From positions 96,001-160,000 of IMG/VR virus record IMGVR_UViG_3300022872_000001: a stretch of 64,000 nucleotides of DNA. One strand, written 5' to 3'. This document shows, in pieces, positions 37,249 through 46,852 of the stretch (the stretch's first letter is position 1; each line of letters starts with the position of its first letter). The DNA comes from a virus. Below the pieces are notes generated by a model. The model was not told the origin of the DNA. It saw nothing but the letters and a program-made list of their open reading frames with translations, and did not search any database. The position numbers and the translations under genes were made by a program.

Positions 37249-40033
37249 TATCTTCTCCTTGTCGATTAAGTTTTGCTGTCAATCTGCGGACAACATCTTC
37301 CAGAATTTGTAAACGCGCTACAGCTTCTTGCAACGCCGCGCCTAATATGGCAGTGTGCGCTTCATTAACGATTGCCAGTTTACCATCTTCCCGTTCCATA
37401 ACAGCTTCGGGCACTTGCGCCTGCAATGCTTGCGCACTTGTTCCTGCCCTGCGTAGTTTGGTATCATCATCAATCAGTTCATAGGTAAAGTATTTCAAAT
37501 TCATTACCTTACGAATAGCATTGGTCAACGAACCTAATTTATGTTTCATTCTCATATCTGACAGCGCGGTAGCATTGGTAAAGTATCCATTGCCTCCGGT
37601 ATCTACATAAGCCGGTGTACCTCCTGCGCCGTTACCAAAGTACGTGTTTCCCCCTGATGTAAGATTCAGGTACAAACCATTACCTCCCGCCGCACTCAAT
37701 TGGAGATTCGTGGTTGAATGAACCGTAGGTGATTGGATTCCTGTGAATACTGCGGCACCTGCACTACTTACGGATGCTACAGACCCGCCTGCCCCATTGC
37801 CGATGGAAACACCTCCAGTACCCGACGTGTAGTTCAGGAGTAAGGCATTGGCTCCCGTGCTACGTACTTCCATGGTTGTTGTACCTGTCAGAACGCCTGC
37901 AACGGCAGCATTAACGTCAGCTTGTGTCAAGGTTACTGCACCGTACCGGGTGTTGAATGTCAGAACCTGATTCTGAGTCCATTTGTGCCACAAGCCACCG
38001 ATGGATACGGCAAGATCACCTACCGCCCAAGATGTGATTCCATCCAAAGCTGTTGTACCTGCGGTAGCTACTCTATAGATGCGACCTTCCGCCGTTACCT
38101 GAATAGTTATATTGCCTGAGGCATTTGGGTTAGGCGCGTCACACTGAATCTCACCTGTAGCAAGCAGAGATTGATTCGGGAAATCCTCAGCATGGGCTAG
38201 AGTAACTACGTTGGTATTGGCATTCCAGGTACCTGCTAACTCCAAAGTACCAATAGAGTTTTGACCTACAGGCAATCGACCATACAAATAATTGTACGTA
38301 GACGTTGAGGAGCTGCCTGAATTCGCGGTCAACTCACCTGGGATATTTCCAGGTGTACCTATTTCTAGAGCAGAGAAAGCCCCCACATCGGAAGCCACCA
38401 GAACCACGTTGCCGGTAGAGTCAGGACTCTTACCTGCTACTGTTACGATATCTGTGGACAATACTCCAAGACCAGTTATCTGTAAACCTCCTCCTACCTG
38501 TACCGCACCTGGCATAGTGGTAGTTGCTAAAGCAGGTGTGCCTCCAATCAGATTCCAAGAACCCCATACACCTGAGGTGTATGTACGCCAAAAGCCAGAG
38601 GTCGATCCCATAAAGCGCTGCACAAGATCACCACCTGTTGTTCCTGCTATCATTGGAATAATTTCCAATGTACCGTAGGTAGCGGGTGCATTAGCCATAG
38701 CACCTGTACCTGAGTTGGTAAAGAACAAACCTGACGTTTGGAAAGTATTCAAATCCGAACCAGACGGAATAGCCTGAGGATCAACCAGACCGATGCTTCC
38801 AGGATTCGTTACGTTACCTGAGGAGTCAGGACTCAATCCACCTACAGTTTTCACTGGAGGGAAACCTAAATCAAGAACTCCTGCATTGCTGGTAAGGTTT
38901 CCTGTTAATGGTAATTTGACTCCACCCAAGGTAGTCGTTGATGCCATAGGCAACGTATAGGCGGCAGGTGTGTTGATCAAATCTGTATAGCTACCCGTTT
39001 GAGCCACGGTAGCTAAACCTGGTATATTGGAAGCAGTAAGAACCACCACACCTGTGTCACCATTTATGGAAGTAACCACACCAGCCATAACTGCATCGAA
39101 GGATAAAACACCTGTGTTATCAACAGATAAACCATTACCTACAATCACTCCTCCAATTAAGGTTGTGGTCGCAGGACGTAATATAACATTTGACGATGAT
39201 AAAGGCTGGCGCTTGAATACGGTGAAGGTATCACCTACAGCAGGTGTAACTGCCATCATGGTTGCGAAACTTAAGGTGGCCAACCCTCCACCCGTAACTA
39301 CAGTTTTTATGTAACGACATATGGAATAATTAACCCCTGAGGTGAATTCCAGGATCAATTCCCCAAAGTAATCGGGATCCATATCTGTGGTATATTGGGA
39401 TAACGCAATGGTTACGGATTGCGAATCAAATCCTACCACAGTGCCTACCGTTTGATTAATATAGGCATAGCAATCGAACGACCACAAACCGTTACGATCG
39501 GTGAAAGCTAACATAGGTGTTTGCGAACCAGACGCAGATTGAACCACGTAGGCATTAGGCGTAGCCTCTGCCGATTGAGGCAGAACATCTGGAGATTGGA
39601 TAACTGCCAAACGGAATTGGTTATTTGATTCCCCAATATCCATCCACATTTCATAGTTGGTATCTACTATTGACAAGTAAATATCGAGACGAACACTGTT
39701 ACCAGGATCAACACTGGTTAATGCCAGTTTCTGTATTAAGGTAGAGGAGCATCCTATGGCAAACAATTCTCCATTGGTCATGTAGAGACCGAACTCACCC
39801 CAGGCAAAAGGGCCGACGCTATAATCCATATAGCAGCCGTATTTAATCACATTCGCATTAACTGCAACAGGTGAGGACGGTGCACCCGAAAATAAAAGGC
39901 TGCCGTGAATATCAGTATCTGTCGGTTCTGGGGTATAATTATAACCACTCCCAATCTTGAAAAGGGATAAGGCAATAGGACCAGTAGCTGCCTGAAGAGC
40001 TGCAACTCCAAGATCGGTAATTTGGACATTCAT
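37232..40033 (-). CDS. long tail fibre with P2 gpH-like anchor, knob domain and C-terminal peptidase S74 intramolecular chaperone
   Basis: ATG at 40033 with AAGGAG. ITDLGVAAL..FKIGSGY..GPFAWGEFGLY; LSDMRMKH..AGTSAQALQAQVPEAV..LQEAVARL. Confidence 0.85.
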   Translation of the reverse strand: MNVQITDLGVAALQAATGPIALSLFKIGSGYNYTPEPTDTDIHGSLLFSGAPSSPVAVNANVIKYGCYMDYSVGPFAWGEFGLYMTNGELFAIGCSSTLIQKLALTSVDPGNSVRLDIYLSIVDTNYEMWMDIGESNNQFRLAVIQSPDVLPQSAEATPNAYVVQSASGSQTPMLAFTDRNGLWSFDCYAYINQTVGTVVGFDSQSVTIALSQYTTDMDPDYFGELILEFTSGVNYSICRYIKTVVTGGGLATLSFATMMAVTPAVGDTFTVFKRQPLSSSNVILRPATTTLIGGVIVGNGLSVDNTGVLSFDAVMAGVVTSINGDTGVVVLTASNIPGLATVAQTGSYTDLINTPAAYTLPMASTTTLGGVKLPLTGNLTSNAGVLDLGFPPVKTVGGLSPDSSGNVTNPGSIGLVDPQAIPSGSDLNTFQTSGLFFTNSGTGAMANAPATYGTLEIIPMIAGTTGGDLVQRFMGSTSGFWRTYTSGVWGSWNLIGGTPALATTTMPGAVQVGGGLQITGLGVLSTDIVTVAGKSPDSTGNVVLVASDVGAFSALEIGTPGNIPGELTANSGSSSTSTYNYLYGRLPVGQNSIGTLELAGTWNANTNVVTLAHAEDFPNQSLLATGEIQCDAPNPNASGNITIQVTAEGRIYRVATAGTTALDGITSWAVGDLAVSIGGLWHKWTQNQVLTFNTRYGAVTLTQADVNAAVAGVLTGTTTMEVRSTGANALLLNYTSGTGGVSIGNGAGGSVASVSSAGAAVFTGIQSPTVHSTTNLQLSAAGGNGLYLNLTSGGNTYFGNGAGGTPAYVDTGGNGYFTNATALSDMRMKHKLGSLTNAIRKVMNLKYFTYELIDDDTKLRRAGTSAQALQAQVPEAVMEREDGKLAIVNEAHTAILGAALQEAVARLQILEDVVRRLTAKLNRQGEDNGSNG

Positions 40034-40090
40034 CTGGAAATGCTCCTTGTTGTGAATTTCATACGTACACATTAAATTAGAAGAGTGCTA

Positions 40091-40978
40091 ATGGCAAAGA
40101 AAACTAAAGTTCAAGATCCTAGAGTCACATCCGTGATCTCAGAACTAGGTAAGGTGTACTCGGATGGACTAAAATCTCTCCATACGTCCAAAGGTGATTT
40201 ATCGCGTATGAGGTATCTACGCCCATCCCAACTTCCGTTCTGTCCTATAAACTTCTTCACCATAAATGCTAGCCAAGGCCCCTTGCGTATTCAGGATATG
40301 GAGTCTGCATTCTATACATCTATAGGTACAACCGTTCATACAGTAGTTCAAAAGTACCTTAGCCACTCTGGTAAATTTCTAGCGCGTTGGACGTGTAAGC
40401 AGTGTGGTAAGGTGCGCAAGATATCGATGAATAATCAGTGTTGCGACTTCACTATGGAGTATGATGAGGTTCTGATACGGCATAAGGGAGTGGTAGGTCA
40501 CATAGACGCTATCTACCGAGACAAGTACGGGGATTATTGGATTCTGGATTTCAAAACTACCTCAGTAGCCTCTGCTTTGGCTAAATCCCGCAACCCAGGT
40601 ATCTCCTATGAAGAGCAAATTGAGACCTATGCCTACTACGTAAGAGAGCAATATGGCATTACTGTTAAGGGTGTATTGCTCATGTTCATCAAACGGGATA
40701 GCCCAAAAGCTCCTATTATGTTCGGTCGCGTTCTTAAGGATATAGACTTCGATGTAGTTGCTAAGCGCATTAAGAAATATAAGAAGATGCACCATGAAGT
40801 TTTGCATATCGAAACCTTGAAGGAAGCAAAACAACTTTTGAAGAAGTATGGTAAATGTAATAACCCTATGTGTGATACGTGTGGTTCATATCGTTCATAT
40901 GAGGATGCATTTATCAATGCCTACCACAGAGGGAAAAGCATGAAATACCTACCTCTGATAAACGTTGCAAGTAAATAA
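40091..40978 (+). CDS. Cas4-like PD-(D/E)XK exonuclease (solo)
   Basis: RPSQLPFCP, GTTVH, GHIDAI, WILDFKT, QIETY, and C-terminal CNNPMCDTC Fe-S-type cysteines. Confidence 0.8.
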   Translation: MAKKTKVQDPRVTSVISELGKVYSDGLKSLHTSKGDLSRMRYLRPSQLPFCPINFFTINASQGPLRIQDMESAFYTSIGTTVHTVVQKYLSHSGKFLARWTCKQCGKVRKISMNNQCCDFTMEYDEVLIRHKGVVGHIDAIYRDKYGDYWILDFKTTSVASALAKSRNPGISYEEQIETYAYYVREQYGITVKGVLLMFIKRDSPKAPIMFGRVLKDIDFDVVAKRIKKYKKMHHEVLHIETLKEAKQLLKKYGKCNNPMCDTCGSYRSYEDAFINAYHRGKSMKYLPLINVASK

Positions 40979-40986
40979 GGGATACA
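40970..40986 (+). promoter_or_regulatory. AGTAAATA-AG-GGATACA promoter-like motif
   Basis: Overlaps the Cas4-like stop. The 8-mer ends 27 nt before the ATG at 41005. Confidence 0.55.
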
Positions 40987-41004
40987 TTAACCCAAGGAGC
41001 ATTT

Positions 41005-41337
41005 ATGTTATACGACCTTCCAGATAATAAAGGGACTATTGATCCTGAAGCAATTGACTACATTAGTGGTCTTGAATACAAAGCCTGCCATCCTAGAGAT
41101 GGTAGTGGTTTGGAGCTTTCATTGTCATTCCGCGTTGTTATGGCTAACGGGTACGTTATCGTATTCGGTCGCCGCGTTACCAAGAGTTTGGCTGATGATG
41201 TACATGGGTATAATCATTACTTCACTAACCCGGGTCTTCAATCGGAATCGGAAGATGAAATGAGGGATGCGTATGAGGAAATTCTCGGCGAGTTTCGGAA
41301 CGCTATAAAGAGTAAATGGGAGGTTACACATGGCTAA
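41005..41337 (+). CDS. hypothetical protein (110 aa)
   Basis: AAGGAG RBS, in operon. Confidence 0.7.
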   Translation: MLYDLPDNKGTIDPEAIDYISGLEYKACHPRDGSGLELSLSFRVVMANGYVIVFGRRVTKSLADDVHGYNHYFTNPGLQSESEDEMRDAYEEILGEFRNAIKSKWEVTHG

Positions 41338-41545
41338 GGTAAAAGAAATCTCCGTCACAGTATCGAAGACCTTTCAATTCAAACAGTTTGAACCATCCCA
41401 TGTATCAATCACCGAGACCTTAACCCTGGCTCCAGAGGACGATAAGGATGAGGTGAAGAAGAAAAGTTATAAACGTTGTAGCGACACGGTAAACGAATTG
41501 CTTCTCAAAGAAGGTAAGCGTTACCAAGAAAAGAAAGGTAAATGA
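41330..41545 (+). CDS. hypothetical protein (71 aa)
   Basis: GGAGG RBS. Overlaps its neighbours in the operon. Confidence 0.7.
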   Translation: MAKVKEISVTVSKTFQFKQFEPSHVSITETLTLAPEDDKDEVKKKSYKRCSDTVNELLLKEGKRYQEKKGK

Positions 41546-42192
41546 TGGTTGAAGAAAATGCATTGCACAGGAAGTACAGGCCTCAGGTATTAGAAAAGTT
41601 AATCGGTCATGAGGCAGCGGTAACACGTATGCAAGGTATGGTGGAGTCTGGTAAGATTCCAAACGCATTACTGATTACAGGCCCGTCTGGAGTAGGCAAG
41701 ACAACGTTCGCCCGAGCCATTCACCATGCAATCAATGGTTTGAAGAATCACCAAGATTATCTGGAAGTCAACGCGGGTTCGGAACGTACTATTGATGACG
41801 TACGGAGCTGGATTCAAACATCCAAGTTTCGTCCGCAAGGTAAGCGCAGAATCTTGTTAATCGATGAAGCGCAGGGGTTACTTAGTAATGCCCAAGCTAC
41901 AGATTGTTTTTCTGGCGACACTGCTGTCCTAACAGATAAAGGAGATCTCACAATGAAAGAGATTCATGAGATTACCGATAAAGGCGAGACAATTAAAGTT
42001 GCGTCTTTTAATCACAAAACTCAAAAAACGGAATTCAAAGCTGTGGTTGCTTCCCGTAAAAAGGAAAATGCCAAACCTATGGTGAATATAGGTTTGGCAA
42101 GATGTACAGAAGACCATCCTGTGTGGGATTCGGGAATAGCATGTTATGTAGATGCTAAAGATGTAACCTCTATGTTGACTATCAAAGATTAA
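41542..42192 (+). CDS. dnaX: clamp loader AAA+ subunit (DnaX/RFC-like), N-extein fused to split-intein N-half
   Basis: LHRKYRPQ..LIGH, GPSGVGKTT (Walker A), LIDEAQ (Walker B), then CFSGDTAVLT (intein block A) and CTEDHP (block B). Confidence 0.9.
   Translation: MMVEENALHRKYRPQVLEKLIGHEAAVTRMQGMVESGKIPNALLITGPSGVGKTTFARAIHHAINGLKNHQDYLEVNAGSERTIDDVRSWIQTSKFRPQGKRRILLIDEAQGLLSNAQATDCFSGDTAVLTDKGDLTMKEIHEITDKGETIKVASFNHKTQKTEFKAVVASRKKENAKPMVNIGLARCTEDHPVWDSGIACYVDAKDVTSMLTIKD
41905..42189 (+). mobile_element. split intein N-half (95 aa)
   Basis: Begins with C1 at 41905, contains TxxH, and ends at a TAA with no C-terminal splicing motif. Confidence 0.9.
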
Positions 42193-42604
42193 AATCTTTT
42201 TCACCTGCTAGGAAGCCAGAGTGTAGTCTTCCTAGCCTTTTATAGTCATTTTCCCAGACGTAGATTACATTATATCCTAATTGATTTAAGGTTAATAATC
42301 GGTGCATTGTCTTTTTATACGCCTCTTTTTTAATTGGATAATTTTTAGGATTACCGTGAAAGTAGTCTCCTAAAAATTCAAATACTGTTCTTGTTTCTTT
42401 GTGGTATCCATCTAACCTTATTTTCTTTCCGTTTAATTCAAGGGTCTTTTCTTTGGATCCGTGTCTTCCTTTGATACACACGCCATAGTATTCTTGTAAT
42501 TCATTTATCCAAGCAAAACCTATAGAAGACCTGTCCTGCTTTACCTGTAGTCCTCGTCCAGTCGCATACTTGTAAATATAGTTGTTAGTAGATTTTAATT
42601 TCAT
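42182..42604 (-). CDS. free-standing Vsr/DUF559-like (EDxHD-type) homing endonuclease between the intein halves
   Basis: IRLDGY..VFEFLGDYFHGNP...VIYVWENDY. AAGGA RBS. Antisense to the host gene. Confidence 0.8.
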   Translation of the reverse strand: MKLKSTNNYIYKYATGRGLQVKQDRSSIGFAWINELQEYYGVCIKGRHGSKEKTLELNGKKIRLDGYHKETRTVFEFLGDYFHGNPKNYPIKKEAYKKTMHRLLTLNQLGYNVIYVWENDYKRLGRLHSGFLAGEKDFNL

Positions 42605-42641
42605 CTTAAATCCTTTTAATTAAGCGTTAGCTACGTAACTC

Positions 42642-42773
42642 ATGAAAACTTATCCGCATAAAATTAAGGTAGAAAAAACTACCCCTGAAGAGGTCGTTTA
42701 TGACCTACAGATTGAAGACAATGAGAATTTCTTTGTAAAGGTGGAAGATGGTAGATACGGATTGGTGCATAAT
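42642..42773 (+). mobile_element. split intein C-half (44 aa)
   Basis: Blocks F and G ending in His-Asn, followed by Cys+1 at 42774. Confidence 0.9.
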
Positions 42774-43529
42774 TGTTTGCTGAAGCCTTTGGAAGAACCT
42801 AGTCCGTCTACTTTATGGATTCTGTGTTCCATGGATCCGGCTAAGTTCAAAGTTGGTAAAGGTATTGCAATCGCAAAACGTTGTACTCAGATTGTTCTTG
42901 AACCTCACACGTCGGCTGATCTGTTGAAACAAGCACGGCGTATCGCCAAAGGTGAAGGAATGAATTACGTCCTGGATGAAGAGAATAAATTACTCAAATC
43001 CGTGAGCCGTAATTGTGAAGGTGACATGCGTACCTTGGCAAACATAATGCAGGCAATGCAACAGTATTACGATGGCATCAAAGGGAAGAAACCAAAGATG
43101 CTATCCAAGGAACACATTGGTGAGGTCATTAATTCCACTACCTCCTCAGATGAGGAACACGCCGTTAAGATTCTTACGGCTATCTACGCAGGTTCCTTTG
43201 CAGAGGCACAGAAGGCAATTCTGAATATTCAGGATCCCTTCCAAGCTATCCAAAAGATGATGTGGACTAATGGTTACGTTATGAACGATAAGGTTCTTAA
43301 TGGAGCCAGACATCCTAAGGTATGGGGTAGCGCTGCAGGTAAGATGTTGAAAGATAACCTAGCAGCCATCAAACCAGAAGTTCAATTAGGCGCTCTAGCT
43401 ATTACCAATGAAGCCTTGGTTGATCTTAAGGCAGCAGTTATGGCAACCGCAGTAGATATTCCTTTGTTGATATCTGCCCGTGTTTTCCGTTTGATTAAAA
43501 CAATTCAACTGACGTACCCAAAGAAGTAA
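42642..43529 (+). CDS. dnaX: split-intein C-half fused to clamp loader C-extein
   Basis: VYDLQIEDNENFFV..LVHN|CLLKPLEEP (DnaX ALLKTLEEP motif), later CEGDMRTLAN (sensor 2). In-frame TAA at 42636-42638, two codons before the ATG. Confidence 0.9.
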   Translation: MKTYPHKIKVEKTTPEEVVYDLQIEDNENFFVKVEDGRYGLVHNCLLKPLEEPSPSTLWILCSMDPAKFKVGKGIAIAKRCTQIVLEPHTSADLLKQARRIAKGEGMNYVLDEENKLLKSVSRNCEGDMRTLANIMQAMQQYYDGIKGKKPKMLSKEHIGEVINSTTSSDEEHAVKILTAIYAGSFAEAQKAILNIQDPFQAIQKMMWTNGYVMNDKVLNGARHPKVWGSAAGKMLKDNLAAIKPEVQLGALAITNEALVDLKAAVMATAVDIPLLISARVFRLIKTIQLTYPKK

Positions 43530-43544
43530 TAAAGGAGTAAACCC

Positions 43545-43736
43545 ATGCAGTTCGTTCGATTTCAAGATGGACTAGTGGTCATAGATTTCACGGATGTAAA
43601 TATTCAAGCCAATGTGCGTATAGCTGAATGCGAGGTAGGTGACACCCGCTATGTGGGTTTAATTCCACAAGAATGCATACCCGGAACAGGTCATTGGATC
43701 TGTAGTTACTCATCTTACGAATTGATTGGAAGTTAA
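43545..43736 (+). CDS. hypothetical protein (63 aa)
   Basis: AAGGAG RBS, in operon. Confidence 0.65.
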   Translation: MQFVRFQDGLVVIDFTDVNIQANVRIAECEVGDTRYVGLIPQECIPGTGHWICSYSSYELIGS

Positions 43737-44177
43737 ATGGAACATGTACAAGTACCAGAGGGATCCGTATCAATCCCACTCAAGGCAGGTGAACCCGAAG
43801 GACCTCAGGTTATCATACCTAACTTCGATATGTCGAAAGTGAATGTTACCAAAGTTGTTTTGCAAATGAAGCATCCTGTCCAGGTGAAACCAAACGGAAC
43901 TCGGAAGCAACGGCGTACCATCCTTAAACCTTTCATGCTACGCTGGATAGGTACACTGGATACAGTAGCTGAACTGAAAACCAAGATGAGCAAGGCTAAG
44001 GCCGGTGATGTATATTACGTCAGGGAGGCAAAGCTGAACTACTTCTGGCATCCTCATCCTACGGAATACATGTCAGCCTTTTTAGGTGTGACTTTGCGAC
44101 CTACTGTGGATAATGGTGCTATCAAATCCTGTGAAGTAACCGTTCATATGGATGCTAAAATAGGAGTTGATAGCTAA
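43737..44177 (+). CDS. hypothetical protein (146 aa)
   Basis: Starts immediately after the previous stop. Confidence 0.65.
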   Translation: MEHVQVPEGSVSIPLKAGEPEGPQVIIPNFDMSKVNVTKVVLQMKHPVQVKPNGTRKQRRTILKPFMLRWIGTLDTVAELKTKMSKAKAGDVYYVREAKLNYFWHPHPTEYMSAFLGVTLRPTVDNGAIKSCEVTVHMDAKIGVDS

Positions 44178-44541
44178 CATGACAGCCAGTATCGAAGGTC
44201 TTTACGTAGGTTCTACCACTTTCAAGATTTTCGGAGAGATTCCGCCTGATAGGTTTGAGCAGGTAAGAGAGTTAGCTTCCTTGATAGGTGCGGAGTGTGG
44301 TAAATTCCTAAAACTAGACCCTCGGACGCGTTCCCATGTAGCCAAGGAAGCCAGTGATTATCTCAAAAGGATTCACTGGCTTCCTTTGCTTGTAACGTGT
44401 GACGAGGTTAATAATCTGGTTAGCTACAAGGTGGAGAGGCGCATTGCTCCGCGTACCTTGAACATTGATATCATGTTCGAATACAATTGCCATTTGTCAA
44501 TATCCTATTCTCAAAGAGCAGATATTCACAAAAGCAATTGA
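44167..44541 (+). CDS. hypothetical protein (124 aa)
   Basis: AGGAG upstream and fills the gap before the SbcC-like gene. Start codon uncertain. Confidence 0.6.
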   Translation: MIANMTASIEGLYVGSTTFKIFGEIPPDRFEQVRELASLIGAECGKFLKLDPRTRSHVAKEASDYLKRIHWLPLLVTCDEVNNLVSYKVERRIAPRTLNIDIMFEYNCHLSISYSQRADIHKSN

Positions 44542-44563
44542 TGGATTTAAACACGGAAATAAG

Positions 44564-46852
44564 ATGAATATCTTTAAGTCCCTTCGGTTGAAAAATACCG
44601 GACCTTTCAAACAGCAAACATTTAATTTCAAACCTGGTTTATCGGTTATTTACGGATTGAATAAGTCCAACGCCCGCCAGTCAACTAATGCAAACGGTGC
44701 TGGTAAGAGTTTTTTCTTTAGCCAAATATCGGAAATTCTCCATGACTCTCCTGTTGTTGGTGAGAAGGCTGACAGAATTAAAAAGGGCGAACGTACTCTA
44801 ACCTTCGACATCAAGGGCAAGGAAGTAGCGGTAACCCGCAAGAACACGAAACTCCTGGTTAGTGTGGATGGCAAGCCTAAAAAGTTTCGTACTCAAGCAA
44901 TCTGCAAATCCTGGGTTAAGAAGTACGTACCTTTGACGGCAGAGGACTTCAATACCTATGTCCATATTGATGCCCGTATTCCTCATCCGTTGGTTATGGG
45001 TACTACGACCGATCGTCGGCGTTTCTTCTCTTCTTTCTTCTCTTTGGATAAGCTTGATATAGAGCGTAAACTATTCCAAGCTGAATTGTCCAAGCTATCT
45101 AAGGTACGCGCGGCCTACCGTGAATTAAAGAATGAATATAAAATCACGATTGAGGATGGTGTAGGTAAGGACGAATATCAGGCAATGAAGGAAAAAGAGG
45201 AATTACTCACCACCAAGCTGCGTAAGTTATCCAAACAGAATGATAAGTTGCAGGAGATTGCATCTATCATTACCTTCTACGAAGCAGCGGAAGATTCCAT
45301 TAAGCGCTTAATGGATATGGTGGGAGACGAACTTACCGTAGACTCCTTCGAGAAGAAATTTGAAGATGTAAAATGGGACTACGCTAAGGATACGAAGGAC
45401 TTGGAAGAGGCATTGGAATATGAGGAGTACCTTAGGGATAATAGAACTTATCTTAAGAAGTATGAATCCCTCTCTAAGGGAACGCGTAAGCTACTGGTTG
45501 AATTAGGCTATCGAAAATCTCTAAAGAAGGTAGAGAAATCCGTAGAGCGGCTAGATGAGATTAATTCAGCCTTGCATCTATTAAAAGATACCTTAAAGAA
45601 AACCAAAGCAAACAAACCTGATAAGGTTGAAGACCTTGGATATGATCGGCGTGAGATATTAGCTAAGTTAGATTCTCTAGCTCACCAGAAAGAACATATA
45701 GAGAAATTCAAGGAAGGTGTATGTGACACATGTGGGCAATCTGTAAAGGTAAGAGATCCAAAAGAGATCCAAAAAAGGATAGCAAAACTTAAGGATCGCC
45801 TAGAGAAAGCCCAAGCGTACACGGATTACAAAAATGATCTTATCGAGTATAAGCAGGCTAAAAAGGTTATCGATAATTGCAAAAGTGAGATCGAAAAGCT
45901 GGAAGAGGAAGCTGAACCTCTGCGCAAATATGAATCCATGTACAAGGAACTACGTGGTATGCCGGAGAAGCCTGCTAAGTTCGAAGGTAAGAAATTAGAG
46001 GTTAAGGTTAAGCAGCGCATGGTAGACGAAGACAAGGATCGCCTGCACCTTCTCAAGTTCCTTAAGCCAAACATCGAGTTGATTATCGATTACTTTGCTC
46101 TAACTAAGGAGCAGATTCAGTCAGCTAAGGATGCATCTGTCCTGCAAAGGAAGATTGAATCCATCAATGAAAAACTTTCGAGTCTCCGAGGTAAATTAGA
46201 GGTACAGAAAGCGATTCGTCAAAGAGCCAAACGGTTGAAGGCACGTTTGGTTGAGATGAAGGAGCAGCTAAAGGACGAAGTACCTTGGAAACTTCTGGTA
46301 GATGCATATAGCGAGAAGGGCGTTAAGAAATTAGCCATTCAGGCAGTCAGCCATCGATTAATGGAGATTGTGAATCGGTATGCTAAGTTGGTGTTCCCAG
46401 AGGACTATACGTTCTCCGTGGAATGGACAGCATCCCAACTGAATTTGTTGGTACACCGTAAGTATGGTAAAAGGATAGAGGTATCAGACGTGCGTAAGCT
46501 GTCTGGAGCGGAATCCAAAATCTTCACGTTGATTATGATTCTGGCTTTGCTAACGTTCGTACCGGAACGCAAACGTTCATCTTTGATGATCTGTGATGAG
46601 CCGACGGCTAATTTTTCTCCAGAGACAACCAAGGCATTTTCGGAGCTACTTCCAATTCTGAATAAGCTAATACCAACCATAATTATCATTACACCACGCA
46701 CAGGTGAACGTTACGAGAACGCTACCAACTTTACCGTCGTTAAAGAAAACGGTTATTCCAAATTAGAAAAAGGACACCCCAGTGAAATCACACGTAATAC
46801 AGGCGTACGGAGTTCCCGGAGAAAGCCCGCAGAATCTCTCATGGGCGCTTGA
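44564..46852 (+). CDS. sbcC: SbcC/Rad50/gp46-like recombination ATPase
   Basis: NGAGKS Walker A, coiled coil with CDTC zinc hook, LSGAE signature, ICDEP Walker B. ATG at 44564. Confidence 0.9.
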   Translation: MNIFKSLRLKNTGPFKQQTFNFKPGLSVIYGLNKSNARQSTNANGAGKSFFFSQISEILHDSPVVGEKADRIKKGERTLTFDIKGKEVAVTRKNTKLLVSVDGKPKKFRTQAICKSWVKKYVPLTAEDFNTYVHIDARIPHPLVMGTTTDRRRFFSSFFSLDKLDIERKLFQAELSKLSKVRAAYRELKNEYKITIEDGVGKDEYQAMKEKEELLTTKLRKLSKQNDKLQEIASIITFYEAAEDSIKRLMDMVGDELTVDSFEKKFEDVKWDYAKDTKDLEEALEYEEYLRDNRTYLKKYESLSKGTRKLLVELGYRKSLKKVEKSVERLDEINSALHLLKDTLKKTKANKPDKVEDLGYDRREILAKLDSLAHQKEHIEKFKEGVCDTCGQSVKVRDPKEIQKRIAKLKDRLEKAQAYTDYKNDLIEYKQAKKVIDNCKSEIEKLEEEAEPLRKYESMYKELRGMPEKPAKFEGKKLEVKVKQRMVDEDKDRLHLLKFLKPNIELIIDYFALTKEQIQSAKDASVLQRKIESINEKLSSLRGKLEVQKAIRQRAKRLKARLVEMKEQLKDEVPWKLLVDAYSEKGVKKLAIQAVSHRLMEIVNRYAKLVFPEDYTFSVEWTASQLNLLVHRKYGKRIEVSDVRKLSGAESKIFTLIMILALLTFVPERKRSSLMICDEPTANFSPETTKAFSELLPILNKLIPTIIIITPRTGERYENATNFTVVKENGYSKLEKGHPSEITRNTGVRSSRRKPAESLMGA

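Noticed and set aside
40091-40978. CRISPR-Cas locus
   Set aside because: No repeat-spacer array or other cas genes were seen; solo Cas4-like nucleases are common in phages.
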